A stretch of DNA of 64,000 nucleotides from Faecalimonas sp. GTDB lineage: Bacteria > Bacillota > Clostridia > Lachnospirales > Lachnospiraceae. The DNA is taken from the NCBI GenBank assembly GCA_036311625.1, contig JAXJPN010000085.1, positions 1,710 through 65,709 of the forward strand, in the 5' to 3' direction. Made by a program: the position numbers and the translations under genes. This document shows positions 47,084 to 56,675 of the stretch, piece after piece. Position 1 is the first letter of the stretch; the number at the start of each line of letters is the position of its first letter. The notes under the pieces were generated by a model, which did no database searches, was not told where the DNA came from, and saw only the letters and a program-made list of their open reading frames with translations.

Positions 47084-47632
47084 ATGAGTAAAGCGATAGG
47101 AGTAGTGGAATATAAGACTGTTTCGGCAGGAGTTGTGGCAGCGGATTCGTTGGTAAAGACTTCAGACGTCAGCATTATTGAAGCACAGACGGTTTGTCCG
47201 GGTAAATATATTGTGATTATTTCCGGTGATTTGAGTGCGGTAGATGCAGCAGTGAAGAATGCACAGGTACAGCATGGCGAGCAGTTAATTAGCAGTTTTG
47301 TGCTTGGCAATCCGCATGAGTCAATCTTCCCTGCTATTTATGGGGCAACAGAGATTGAAGAAGTTGCGGCTTTGGGCGTGCTTGAGACTTACGATGCGGC
47401 ATCTATGATTGTGGCAGCCGATGAGGCTGCTAAGACAGCGATTGTAGATTTGATTGAGCTTCGACTTGCAAGGGGAATGTGTGGAAAGTCTTATATGTTC
47501 CTCACCGGTGAAGTGGCAGCGGTAGAGGCTGCGATTGAGCGTGCAAAACAGACGGTTGCAAAAGAGGGTATGTACCTTGATTCTTCAGTTATTGCGCGTC
47601 CTGATGCACAGATTCGCAAAGCGATACTGTAG
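47084..47632 (+). CDS. pduT: BMC-T shell protein (PduT)
   Basis: Tandem BMC domains, TVCPGKY. Confidence 0.9.
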   Translation: MSKAIGVVEYKTVSAGVVAADSLVKTSDVSIIEAQTVCPGKYIVIISGDLSAVDAAVKNAQVQHGEQLISSFVLGNPHESIFPAIYGATEIEEVAALGVLETYDAASMIVAADEAAKTAIVDLIELRLARGMCGKSYMFLTGEVAAVEAAIERAKQTVAKEGMYLDSSVIARPDAQIRKAIL

Positions 47633-47653
47633 TCAGGAATTGGAGGAGAACCT

Positions 47654-48418
47654 ATGCTTGCAATAGAAAGACGGAATGCGATACTTGAAAAATTGCAGAT
47701 AGAACGGCGTGTGGTTGTCAGTGAGCTCAGTGAATTTTATGAGGTGTCAGAGGAGACAATCCGACGTGATTTGGAAAAGCTTGAGGCAGAAGGCCATGCG
47801 ATTAAGAGCTATGGTGGCGCTGTGCTCAATGAGAATTCGAATATTGATTTGCCTTATAATGTTCGGAAGAATCGAAATGTACTCGGAAAGCAGAAGATTG
47901 CGAATCTGGTTAACGAGATGGTGGCAGATGGAGACCACATTATGTTGGATGCAAGTTCCACAGCGGTTGCTGTCGCAAAGGCGTTAAAGAATAAGAAAGA
48001 CTTGACAGTCATTACCAATTCTTTAGAGATTGCCTTAGAATTGATGGATGCGACAAGCTGCCATGTGATTTCTACGGGAGGTCTTGTGGCCGGAAATTCC
48101 TTTGCTTTTGTCGGACAGGTAACAGATCGCACCATTTCCTCTTACTATGTAGATAAAGCGATTATCTCGGCAAAAGGTTTTGATTTGGGCGCCGGTCTCA
48201 CAGATAGTGATGAGCGTCTTGCCAATAATAAAGCGTCTATGCTTAAGATGGCAAAGAAAAAGGTCTTGGCGGTGGATAGTTCTAAGTTTGGCAAAATCGC
48301 GTTTGCCAAGATTGCACATTTGCAGGATATCAATGTGTTGGTAACCGATAAGAAACCGGATGAGGAATGGTTGCAGGCTTTAGAAGAATTGGGAGTGGAA
48401 TGTGTCTTCCCGGAATGA
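47654..48418 (+). CDS. DeoR/GlpR-family regulator (FucR-like)
   Basis: ERRNAIL...VSEETIRRDL...GGA; DSSKF. Confidence 0.92.
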   Translation: MLAIERRNAILEKLQIERRVVVSELSEFYEVSEETIRRDLEKLEAEGHAIKSYGGAVLNENSNIDLPYNVRKNRNVLGKQKIANLVNEMVADGDHIMLDASSTAVAVAKALKNKKDLTVITNSLEIALELMDATSCHVISTGGLVAGNSFAFVGQVTDRTISSYYVDKAIISAKGFDLGAGLTDSDERLANNKASMLKMAKKKVLAVDSSKFGKIAFAKIAHLQDINVLVTDKKPDEEWLQALEELGVECVFPE

Positions 48419-48430
48419 TGAATGCATACA

Positions 48431-48464
48431 AAGAGGGATGTTATTACAACATCCCCCTTTTTTT
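48431..48464. terminator. Terminator ending the BMC locus
   Basis: GGGATGTT/AACATCCC stem with T run. Confidence 0.7.
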
Positions 48465-48483
48465 ATTCGCGTTCTTCTACCTT

Positions 48484-50247
48484 CTAAATAGACTGCATTG
48501 GAAGGCGAATGCTAACTTCCGTGCCTTGACCTTGAATACTTGAGTAGGTTAAGCCGTAAGCCTCTCCATAGAGTAAGCGCAAACGCTTGTGAATATTGGA
48601 AACAGCAATGTTGGTACCTTTGACGCTTGCAATCGGTGTCTCGGAAAGAATCAATTCTAAGCGCTCTTGAGAAATGCCGATACCGTCATCGGAAATCAAA
48701 ATAATCACATCTCCCGCATCCATCCATCCGGTAGTGACAATTGTACCGGTCTTATCGGCCTTTTCTAAAATTCCGTGTTGAATGGAATTCTCTACGATGG
48801 GTTGCAGGGTGAGTTTTGGAATGCTATAGCTGAGCAATTCATCCGGCATATCAATCACAAAATTAATTCCGTTGTGATAACGCATATTTTGAAGCTCCAC
48901 ATAGGTTGCAACATGTTCTAACTCGTTCTCAATCGTACTGATGCTTTTTTTACGGCTCAGGGTAAGCTTGTAGAATTTGGCAAGGCTTTGCACTGCACTT
49001 GCGACTTCGTTCGTCTGTCCCTGCAGGGCCATCCAGTTAATCATATCCATTGTGTTGTATAAAAAGTGAGGATTGATTTGTGCTTGTAAAGACTCAAACT
49101 CCGCAATGCGCAATTCCTCAGAAGTCTTTTGCTGACTTTCCATCAACTGGTGCATTTTTTCGACCATATAGTTATAGGTATTAATCAGCTCTCCTACCTC
49201 ATCTTGGATGATGGGAGCGGGCATCTGCACAGGCGTTCCTTTTCGAATCTTCGTCATTTGATGGATGACGGAAGAGATTCTCGTTGTGATAGAACGTGAT
49301 TGCCAAATGGCAATGGCAAGTGCAACAAGGATGCACAAGACATAAACCCCTACAAATCGGTAGATTAAAATGTTTCCGCTTTGAACCATAGGGGCATGGG
49401 GGAGTACGGTCACCATAAACCAACCGGGTTCGCGGATGCGATAAAACCCCATATACAGCTTTTCACCCAGGACTTCGCGTTCCACAAAGTTGTTCGTGGA
49501 TAGAAGCGAATCCTCAATGTCTTTATAATCCAAGCGATAGATGCTTGCCAAAGAGTCGTTGGTTGAAGCAATCAGTGCCTCGCGGTCGTTTATCAAATAT
49601 GAAACGGCGCCAGAGAAAGAAATTCCATCAGCGAGAATGCTTTGCAGAGTCTTCGATGAATAATAAGAAGCAATGTAGCAGTCATAAATGTTCTCTCCAT
49701 CAGAGACGGTGGCAGGGGTGATATATGCTGCGTCACCGCAGTTTTCCAATTCCCGATTGCCAAGATAAAAGGAAGGACAGTGGAGTGAGGAAGGGTTACT
49801 TCCTTTGAAAATACCGTACCAATAGGTTCCCTTCACTTTAGACATTGGCATAAACAGCTCATAAGATGAGGGACTTGAAAACAGCGGATGCTCGGCGGGA
49901 AGGTTGATATAAATGCGAACAGCAGTTAAAGGACTCTGTGCTACCAATGCATAGATATCGTCGGCCAAAGTATCCGTTGACTTGGGCAAGCTTGAAAATA
50001 GCGTTGCAATCTGTTGATGTGTGCCGGTAATATCAGTCAGCGCATCATCGACCAAGGGTGCTGTCCGTGCAGAGGCAGTCTGCTCGCTTTGAATAGTGTT
50101 TGTAATTACCATATCGTAGAGCTGATTGGTAAAAAGCACGGTCAGTATGATCATAGGGATAATTACGGCAATCAGAATACAGATTGTTAACTTCATTTGT
50201 ATTTTTAGATTGTCATAGCGATATTTAAAAAAACGAAATAATCTCAT
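48484..50247 (-). CDS. YesM-type sensor histidine kinase
   Basis: Two TMs, HAMP (DEVGEL), LQAQINPHFLYNT, QPIVENS, DDGIG. Confidence 0.92.
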   Translation of the reverse strand: MRLFRFFKYRYDNLKIQMKLTICILIAVIIPMIILTVLFTNQLYDMVITNTIQSEQTASARTAPLVDDALTDITGTHQQIATLFSSLPKSTDTLADDIYALVAQSPLTAVRIYINLPAEHPLFSSPSSYELFMPMSKVKGTYWYGIFKGSNPSSLHCPSFYLGNRELENCGDAAYITPATVSDGENIYDCYIASYYSSKTLQSILADGISFSGAVSYLINDREALIASTNDSLASIYRLDYKDIEDSLLSTNNFVEREVLGEKLYMGFYRIREPGWFMVTVLPHAPMVQSGNILIYRFVGVYVLCILVALAIAIWQSRSITTRISSVIHQMTKIRKGTPVQMPAPIIQDEVGELINTYNYMVEKMHQLMESQQKTSEELRIAEFESLQAQINPHFLYNTMDMINWMALQGQTNEVASAVQSLAKFYKLTLSRKKSISTIENELEHVATYVELQNMRYHNGINFVIDMPDELLSYSIPKLTLQPIVENSIQHGILEKADKTGTIVTTGWMDAGDVIILISDDGIGISQERLELILSETPIASVKGTNIAVSNIHKRLRLLYGEAYGLTYSSIQGQGTEVSIRLPMQSI

Positions 50248-51812
50248 GATTTCAGTACCTTCTCTCGATATTCAGAGGGAGAGAGACCGGTGTATTTACG
50301 GAAGCTCTTCCCAAAATAGTTACTGTCGCTGTAACCCACGGCGGTAGAGATATCCGTGATTCGATAACGTGGGTCAGCAAGAAGCTGCTTTGCCTTTTCC
50401 ATACGGAATTCCGTGATATATTGATTCAGGGTAGACCCCGTCTCATTCTTGAAAAAAGTACACACATAGGAAGCGGACAAATGTGCACAGTCACTGATGT
50501 CCTTTACAGAGAGTGAGGACTCTTTGTAATGTCGGTTAATATAGTCTCTAATCAAATAAATCGTGGCATTTTCCGGCTCAGCGTGCTTGCTGTCAGTAAA
50601 GAAAGCTTGTGTTTTCGCTAAAAGCAATTGATGAAGCTGCGCAAAATAAAAGCAGGAGTCCATCACGTCCATAATATTCTCGCGATTCTCAATGGACAGG
50701 TCAGGCAGTAGTTTCTGGCTGCGTCGGTTTTGGTACAATGCTAAAAACAGGTCGTAGTAAATAGTTTTCACCTGATTTGGCATCAGTCCGGAGGCACAGA
50801 CACAGAGTGACTCCATCCGATTTAAAGCGGACAAAGCAGATGATTCATTTTTTTCCGCAAGCGCTTTCTCGTAAGCATCTGCGATTCCCGCCAAAGTGTT
50901 TTGATTTGGGGAGGCGCAGGTCTGTAATCGTTCTGTAGTCAATACGGTACCGGGTGCAAAGAAAAAACTACTTTGCAGCAAGATAACCGCAGATTCATAA
51001 GAATGATAGGCATTGGAAATGCCCGAGACTGTATCGCCCACTGCAATGCAGTGATTCCCAAAAGGTGCAAACAAGAGACTCAGATGGGAGGCAATCCGAG
51101 AAAGTGTGCTGCTTGCCGGGGCAAGCGAGCCATATACATGAAAGATAATATAGTACACACGCTTTTCACTGTAAATGACATGCAAATGCATTGGCGCCAG
51201 AAATTGCCGAAACATCTGGTGGATATACGGCAAGTCTGCCGGGTTCTCTGTAGCGTGTTCCAGTTTGACAATGAAGGTGGTCAGACTCTTGAATTTGTCC
51301 ATACCATAGCGCTCGTGAAATTGGGCGCAAAGATCGTCTACCGCATCCTTGCAGGATTGGTAGGGCATTGTAAGATGGTAGGCAAGCTGAGTTGCCGCAA
51401 GATTGGTGTGGATCGTCTCCGCGTTCCGTTGTCTTGCAAGTTGCTCACAACGCTCCACAGCGTAGCGGATTGCCGCTTGAATCTCGGCAAGGTCCAAAGG
51501 CTTTTCTACATAGCGTACGACATTCAGCTTGATGGCTGCTTTTAGGTATGCTTTGTCGGAATAGCCGCTCATAAAAATAGTCACAACGTCCGGCAAATGA
51601 GCAGTCAGTCGCTCCAACATCATAATGCCGTCCATTCGCGGCATGCGCACATCACAAAGAATGATATCGGGGCGGTGTTCGAGCGCGGCAGTCAGGCCGT
51701 TGGCTCCATCGTCTGCCTGATAAATCTCGGAAATACCCAGCGACTCCCAGTCGAGGGAAGAAATAATACCGCTTCGTGTCAATTCTTCGTCATCCACGAT
51801 AAGTAAGCGCAT
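50244..51812 (-). CDS. YesN-type response regulator (REC + AraC)
   Basis: LLIVDDE, DVRMPRMDG, C-terminal AVGYSDSNYF...G.SP.EYR. Confidence 0.92.
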   Translation of the reverse strand: MRLLIVDDEELTRSGIISSLDWESLGISEIYQADDGANGLTAALEHRPDIILCDVRMPRMDGIMMLERLTAHLPDVVTIFMSGYSDKAYLKAAIKLNVVRYVEKPLDLAEIQAAIRYAVERCEQLARQRNAETIHTNLAATQLAYHLTMPYQSCKDAVDDLCAQFHERYGMDKFKSLTTFIVKLEHATENPADLPYIHQMFRQFLAPMHLHVIYSEKRVYYIIFHVYGSLAPASSTLSRIASHLSLLFAPFGNHCIAVGDTVSGISNAYHSYESAVILLQSSFFFAPGTVLTTERLQTCASPNQNTLAGIADAYEKALAEKNESSALSALNRMESLCVCASGLMPNQVKTIYYDLFLALYQNRRSQKLLPDLSIENRENIMDVMDSCFYFAQLHQLLLAKTQAFFTDSKHAEPENATIYLIRDYINRHYKESSLSVKDISDCAHLSASYVCTFFKNETGSTLNQYITEFRMEKAKQLLADPRYRITDISTAVGYSDSNYFGKSFRKYTGLSPSEYREKVLKS

Positions 51813-51979
51813 AAAAATAAGCCTCCTTCGTTACCATTTTACAATCTTATCGTAACGTGAAAATGTATAAAAAGCAAGCAAGAAATATTTTACCCATCTT
51901 CAAAGAATTTTCCCCTTTTAGTAAAAAAATTAGAATGGTAACATAAATTTAAGAAGAAAAAGAAAGAGAGGAGATAGAC

Positions 51980-53488
51980 GTGTCCGAATACGTATTGGAA
52001 CTAAAGAATATTACAAAGATTTTCCCGGGTGTAAAAGCTTTGAATCGTGTACAGTTTCAGTTGAAGCCCGGCGAAGTACATGCGCTGATGGGTGAGAATG
52101 GTGCCGGAAAGTCGACTTTTATTAAGGTGATTACCGGTGTACATAAGGCAGAAGAGGGCGAGATGTTCCTGAATGGGCAGAAGGTAGATTTTAAGGGTCC
52201 AAAGGATGCACAGGCAGCAGGAATTGCAGCTGTATATCAGCATCCGACTTCTTATCCGGATTTAACAGTAACAGAGAATATTTTTATGAACCACGAGATT
52301 AAGAAGCGTGGCATGATTCAATGGAAAGAGATGAATCGCAGAGCGAAAGAGTTGCTTGCACAGCTGGACGCAGACTTTGAACCGACAGAAGAGATGGGAA
52401 GTTTGAGTGTTGCACAGCAGCAGATGGTGGAGATTGCGAAGGCACTTTCGACGAATGCGAAGATTGTCATCTTAGATGAGCCGACGGCAGCGTTGACGGC
52501 AAATGAGTCTGAAAAGCTGTATCGGATTGTAGACAAGTTAAAAGAAGATGGCGTGTCCCTCATTTTCATTTCACATCGCTTTGAAGATATGTATCGGTTG
52601 GCAGAGCGCGTAACCGTATTCCGGGATTCGCAGTATATCGGAACCTACGAAGTGGATGAGATTACGAATGCAGAGCTCATTCGCCAGATGGTAGGTCGTG
52701 AGATTACGGACTTGTTCCCGAAACCGGAGGTTGCGTTGGGTGAAGAGATGTTCCGGATTAAGAATTTCTCCAGAACAGGATATTTCAAAAATGTATCGCT
52801 TTATGTACGCGCAGGCGAGATTGTGGGGCTGACTGGTTTGGTCGGCGCAGGAAGAACAGAAGTTGTAGAGAGCGCCTGCGGAATTACAAAACCGAGTGAG
52901 GGTAAGCTTTTCTTAGAGGGAAAAGAGATTCGGGTGAAGAATCCGACGGACGCAATGAAGCAGGGAATTATTCTTCTGCCGGAGGATAGACAGAAGGCAG
53001 GACTGATTTTAAGCTGGGGCCTGGGCAGGAACGTAACACTCCCGATTCTCAAGAAGTTTACAAAGGGTGGCTTTATTGATGAGAAACTAGAGAGAAAACT
53101 CGCAAAAGAACGTTTAGAGGAAGTGGATACGAAGGCGGTGACTGTATTTGATCCGGCAAGTTCGCTTTCCGGCGGTAATCAGCAGAAAGTGGTTGTTGCC
53201 AAAGCGTTAGCACAAGACAATATGAAGGTTGTCATTATGGATGAACCTACAAAGGGTGTCGATGTCGGTGCAAAGGCAGAGATTTATGCGATTATGGGAG
53301 AGCTTGCGAAGCAGGGCTATGCAATCATTATGATTTCATCTGAGATGCCGGAGATTCTCGGTATGAGTGACCGCATCTACGTGATGTGTAATGGCAGCAT
53401 TACCGGAGAGCTGAGCAGAGATGAAGCGACCCAAGAAAAGATTTTAGAGCACGCAATGGAAAAAAGCACAGAGAAGAAGGAGGCGTGA
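51980..53488 (+). CDS. Sugar ABC transporter ATP-binding protein (CUT2)
   Basis: GENGAGKS, DEPTAAL, LSGGNQQK; GTG start. Confidence 0.93.
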   Translation: MSEYVLELKNITKIFPGVKALNRVQFQLKPGEVHALMGENGAGKSTFIKVITGVHKAEEGEMFLNGQKVDFKGPKDAQAAGIAAVYQHPTSYPDLTVTENIFMNHEIKKRGMIQWKEMNRRAKELLAQLDADFEPTEEMGSLSVAQQQMVEIAKALSTNAKIVILDEPTAALTANESEKLYRIVDKLKEDGVSLIFISHRFEDMYRLAERVTVFRDSQYIGTYEVDEITNAELIRQMVGREITDLFPKPEVALGEEMFRIKNFSRTGYFKNVSLYVRAGEIVGLTGLVGAGRTEVVESACGITKPSEGKLFLEGKEIRVKNPTDAMKQGIILLPEDRQKAGLILSWGLGRNVTLPILKKFTKGGFIDEKLERKLAKERLEEVDTKAVTVFDPASSLSGGNQQKVVVAKALAQDNMKVVIMDEPTKGVDVGAKAEIYAIMGELAKQGYAIIMISSEMPEILGMSDRIYVMCNGSITGELSRDEATQEKILEHAMEKSTEKKEA

Positions 53489-53492
53489 TGAT

Positions 53493-54491
53493 ATGGGAAA
53501 GAAATCAGTATTAAAAAAGATCACCGGCTCCAGAGAGGTCAGCCTTGTTATTGTGTTGGTAGTATTGTGTGCCTTGATTCAGTTGAAGAATCCGGCGTTC
53601 CTTTCAATCCAGAATATTCTGGAAATATTGAAGAATAATTCTGTTATTATGATTATGGCACTTGGAATGCTGTGTGTGTTGTTAATCGGCGGAATTGACA
53701 TTTCCATTACATCGACTTTGGCATTTACAGGAATGACAGTAGGTATGCTGTTTAAGAACGATGTAATCGGCAATACATTGCTTGGATTTTTGATTGCCAT
53801 CGCTCTCGGCGGTGTGTGTGGCTTTGTAGTTGGTTTGATTATTTCGAAGGGAAAAGTCACACCGATTATTGCAACGATGGGTCTGATGTACATATATCGT
53901 GGCTTTGCGTACCTCGTAGGAAATAACGAGTGGGCAGGAGCAGATGCACTTGGAGATTTTAAGAATTTTGCTTTGAAGTCAAACTTAGGTGCAGGCATTC
54001 TGAATAATGTACTTGTCATTGTTTTGATTTGCTATATTATCTTCTTCATTATGTTGAAGTGGACGAAGTTTGGACGTAATATTTATGCGGTTGGAAGTAA
54101 TGCAGAGGCGGCAGAAATTTCGGGTATCAATGTGGCTCGTGTGAAGTTAGCTGTGTATACCATTATGGGTGTGCTGGCAGGGCTTTGTGGTGCGTTGGCA
54201 ACGACGATTTATGCATCGGCGCAACCGAATATGCAGACCGGAAAAGAGATGGACGTAATTGCAGCCTGTGTAATTGGTGGCGTGAGTATGAATGGCGGAC
54301 GTGGTTCCGTAGGCGGCGCATTGCTTGGTGCTTTGATTTTAGCGGTTATTGCAAAGGCACTTCCTTTGGTTGGAATTGATGCTCTTGCTCAGAACACGGT
54401 AAAAGGTGTGATTATCATTGTTGTAATCGTATTGAACGTGATTACACAGCGTATGATGAAGAAGAGCACTCTGGAAAGGAGGGAGATGTAG
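53493..54491 (+). CDS. Sugar ABC transporter permease
   Basis: GGIDIS, GRNIYAVGSN, IAACVIGG. Confidence 0.92.
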   Translation: MGKKSVLKKITGSREVSLVIVLVVLCALIQLKNPAFLSIQNILEILKNNSVIMIMALGMLCVLLIGGIDISITSTLAFTGMTVGMLFKNDVIGNTLLGFLIAIALGGVCGFVVGLIISKGKVTPIIATMGLMYIYRGFAYLVGNNEWAGADALGDFKNFALKSNLGAGILNNVLVIVLICYIIFFIMLKWTKFGRNIYAVGSNAEAAEISGINVARVKLAVYTIMGVLAGLCGALATTIYASAQPNMQTGKEMDVIAACVIGGVSMNGGRGSVGGALLGALILAVIAKALPLVGIDALAQNTVKGVIIIVVIVLNVITQRMMKKSTLERREM

Positions 54492-54492
54492 T

Positions 54493-55506
54493 ATGGCAGG
54501 TAAATCCGGAAGAACAATTAGCGCGACCCCACAGAATTCGTGGAAGAAAAAGATACTGAGCTGGGAAGGTATGCTGGTACTCTTATTCATAGCAGTGATT
54601 ATTTTCTGTAGATGTATTTCGCCGAACTACACACTGCAGAATGTGCTCCGTGAGATGCCGAAATATTTGAGTGAGATTTTCCTCTTATTCCCGATGGCAT
54701 TTATCCTTTTGCTCGGGGAGATTGATATCTCGGTAGGTTCAGCAGTATGCTTATCCGCAACGGTAGCCTGTATGGCAACCAATGCAGGAGTTCCGTTTGT
54801 GGCAGTTCTTTTGCTTACCTTGTTAGTCGGAACCGCTTGTGGTATGGTGAACGGATTTTTGATTACGAAATTTTCAGAACTTCCGTCAATGATTGTAACC
54901 TTGGGAACACAGATTGTATTCCGCGGAGTAGCAGAGATTTTACTTGGAAGTGGCGGCTCCATCGCACTTACCACAGCAGAAGGCTTGGAAGGCTTTGGAA
55001 ATCTGGCAGGAAAGATTGGACCATTTCCGTATATTTTTTTCTTGGTATTGATAGCAGGTGTGATATTTACTGTGGTCTCTGTAAAGATGATTTATGGACG
55101 TAGCTTATATGCAATCGGAAGCAACAGCCGGACCTCTTACTATTCCGGAATCAAAGTAAATAAGGTGAAATTCATTGCCTTTACTTTGACAGGTGCGTTT
55201 GCCGGACTGGCAGCGTTGTTCTTGACATCTGCGACCTACGCCGTGAATACGACTACGGGAAATGGCTTTGAGATGGATGCAATTGCAATGGCGGTATTTG
55301 GCGGCATTGCAACGACCGGCGGAAAAGGAAAGATGATTGGTGGAATTATTTCAGCATTCATCATTGTATGTTTGAGAATCGGTCTCGGACAGATTAATAT
55401 GAACCCGCAGGTTATTCTGATTATACTTGGCGCACTGCTGATTTGCGCGGTACTCATTCCAAATGTATCAGCAAATATGGGTCTGAAGAAAAAGAAAGCG
55501 AAATAA
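54493..55506 (+). CDS. Sugar ABC transporter permease
   Basis: GEIDISVGS, GRSLYAIG, AVFGG. Confidence 0.92.
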   Translation: MAGKSGRTISATPQNSWKKKILSWEGMLVLLFIAVIIFCRCISPNYTLQNVLREMPKYLSEIFLLFPMAFILLLGEIDISVGSAVCLSATVACMATNAGVPFVAVLLLTLLVGTACGMVNGFLITKFSELPSMIVTLGTQIVFRGVAEILLGSGGSIALTTAEGLEGFGNLAGKIGPFPYIFFLVLIAGVIFTVVSVKMIYGRSLYAIGSNSRTSYYSGIKVNKVKFIAFTLTGAFAGLAALFLTSATYAVNTTTGNGFEMDAIAMAVFGGIATTGGKGKMIGGIISAFIIVCLRIGLGQINMNPQVILIILGALLICAVLIPNVSANMGLKKKKAK

Positions 55507-55584
55507 GACCCCATTTCATATGATATCCAGTGAAGGTGTATTCACTGTATATAAAAAATATTATATTTTATGGAGGGAAAATCT

Positions 55585-56628
55585 ATGAAAAAAAGAATCT
55601 TAAGTGTTCTTCTTTGCCTCACAATGGTAGGCGCTATGGTGGTAGGCTGTGGCGACCAGAAAGCATCGAAGAATGACGACGGCAAGAAAGTTTACGCACT
55701 CGTAACAAAGTCAGCAGGAAATCCTTACAATGAGAAGATGGCTGAGGGATTCAAAGAAGTGGTTGAAAAATTAGGCGGCGAATGCATCATCAAGCATCCG
55801 GAGCAAGCAACCTCTGATGCGCAGGTATCCGTAATCCAGTCTTTGATTTCACAGGGTGTTGACAGTATTTGTATTGCGGCAAACGATGAGAACGCACTCC
55901 AGGCTTCTTTGAAGGAAGCAATGGATGCAGGTATCAAGGTATCATGCCTCGATTCTAAGACAAACGCAGCAAGCCGTATGACTTTCGTGAACCAGGCAGG
56001 TGTTCAGGAAGTTGGTCAGGCGTTGATGGATGCAGTATATGATATCGCAGGCGGCGAAGGTGAATGGGCAATTCTTTCTGCAACTTCACAGGCAGCAAAC
56101 CAGAATGCATGGATTGATGCAATGAAGTCTATTATGGAAGCAGATGAGAAGTATTCGAAATTGAAATTAGTAGAAGTTGCTTACGGCGATGACGAACCGG
56201 TAAAATCTACAGACCAGACACAGGCATTGCTTTCAAAATATCCAAACTTGAAAGTTGTTTGTGCGCCGACCACGGTTGGTATCGCAGCAGCAGCAAAGGT
56301 ATTGCAGGATCAGAAATCAGCTGTGAAGTTGACTGGTTTAGGACTTCCTTCAGAGATGGCAGAGTACATTGGTGATGATGATGCACATTCTTGCCCGTAT
56401 ATGTTCTTGTGGAATCCGATTGATGTAGGAAGACTTGGAGCATATGTTTCAGCAGAATTGGTTGAAGGAAATATCACAGGTAAGGTTGGCGATACATTTA
56501 ATGTAGCTGACTTGTCAGATGAACCATACAAGATTGTGGAAGCTGCAGATGGCGGTACAGAAGTTATCCTTGGACCTCCGTTCAAATTTGAGCCAAGCAA
56601 CATCAATGATTGGAAAGACGTGTACTAA
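55585..56628 (+). CDS. Sugar ABC substrate-binding lipoprotein, rhamnose (RhaS)/LsrB-like
   Basis: Lipobox VVGC; KSAGNPY, AILSATSQAANQNAW, APTTVG, TGLGLPS, LWNP.D. Confidence 0.8.
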   Translation: MKKRILSVLLCLTMVGAMVVGCGDQKASKNDDGKKVYALVTKSAGNPYNEKMAEGFKEVVEKLGGECIIKHPEQATSDAQVSVIQSLISQGVDSICIAANDENALQASLKEAMDAGIKVSCLDSKTNAASRMTFVNQAGVQEVGQALMDAVYDIAGGEGEWAILSATSQAANQNAWIDAMKSIMEADEKYSKLKLVEVAYGDDEPVKSTDQTQALLSKYPNLKVVCAPTTVGIAAAAKVLQDQKSAVKLTGLGLPSEMAEYIGDDDAHSCPYMFLWNPIDVGRLGAYVSAELVEGNITGKVGDTFNVADLSDEPYKIVEAADGGTEVILGPPFKFEPSNINDWKDVY

Positions 56629-56644
56629 AATATTTTATAAAAAT

Positions 56645-56674
56645 AGGACTTGCAGAAGTGCAAGTCCTGTTTTT
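56645..56674. terminator. Bidirectional terminator
   Basis: AGGACTTGCA/TGCAAGTCCT stem with T run. Confidence 0.75.
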
Positions 56675-56675
56675 G

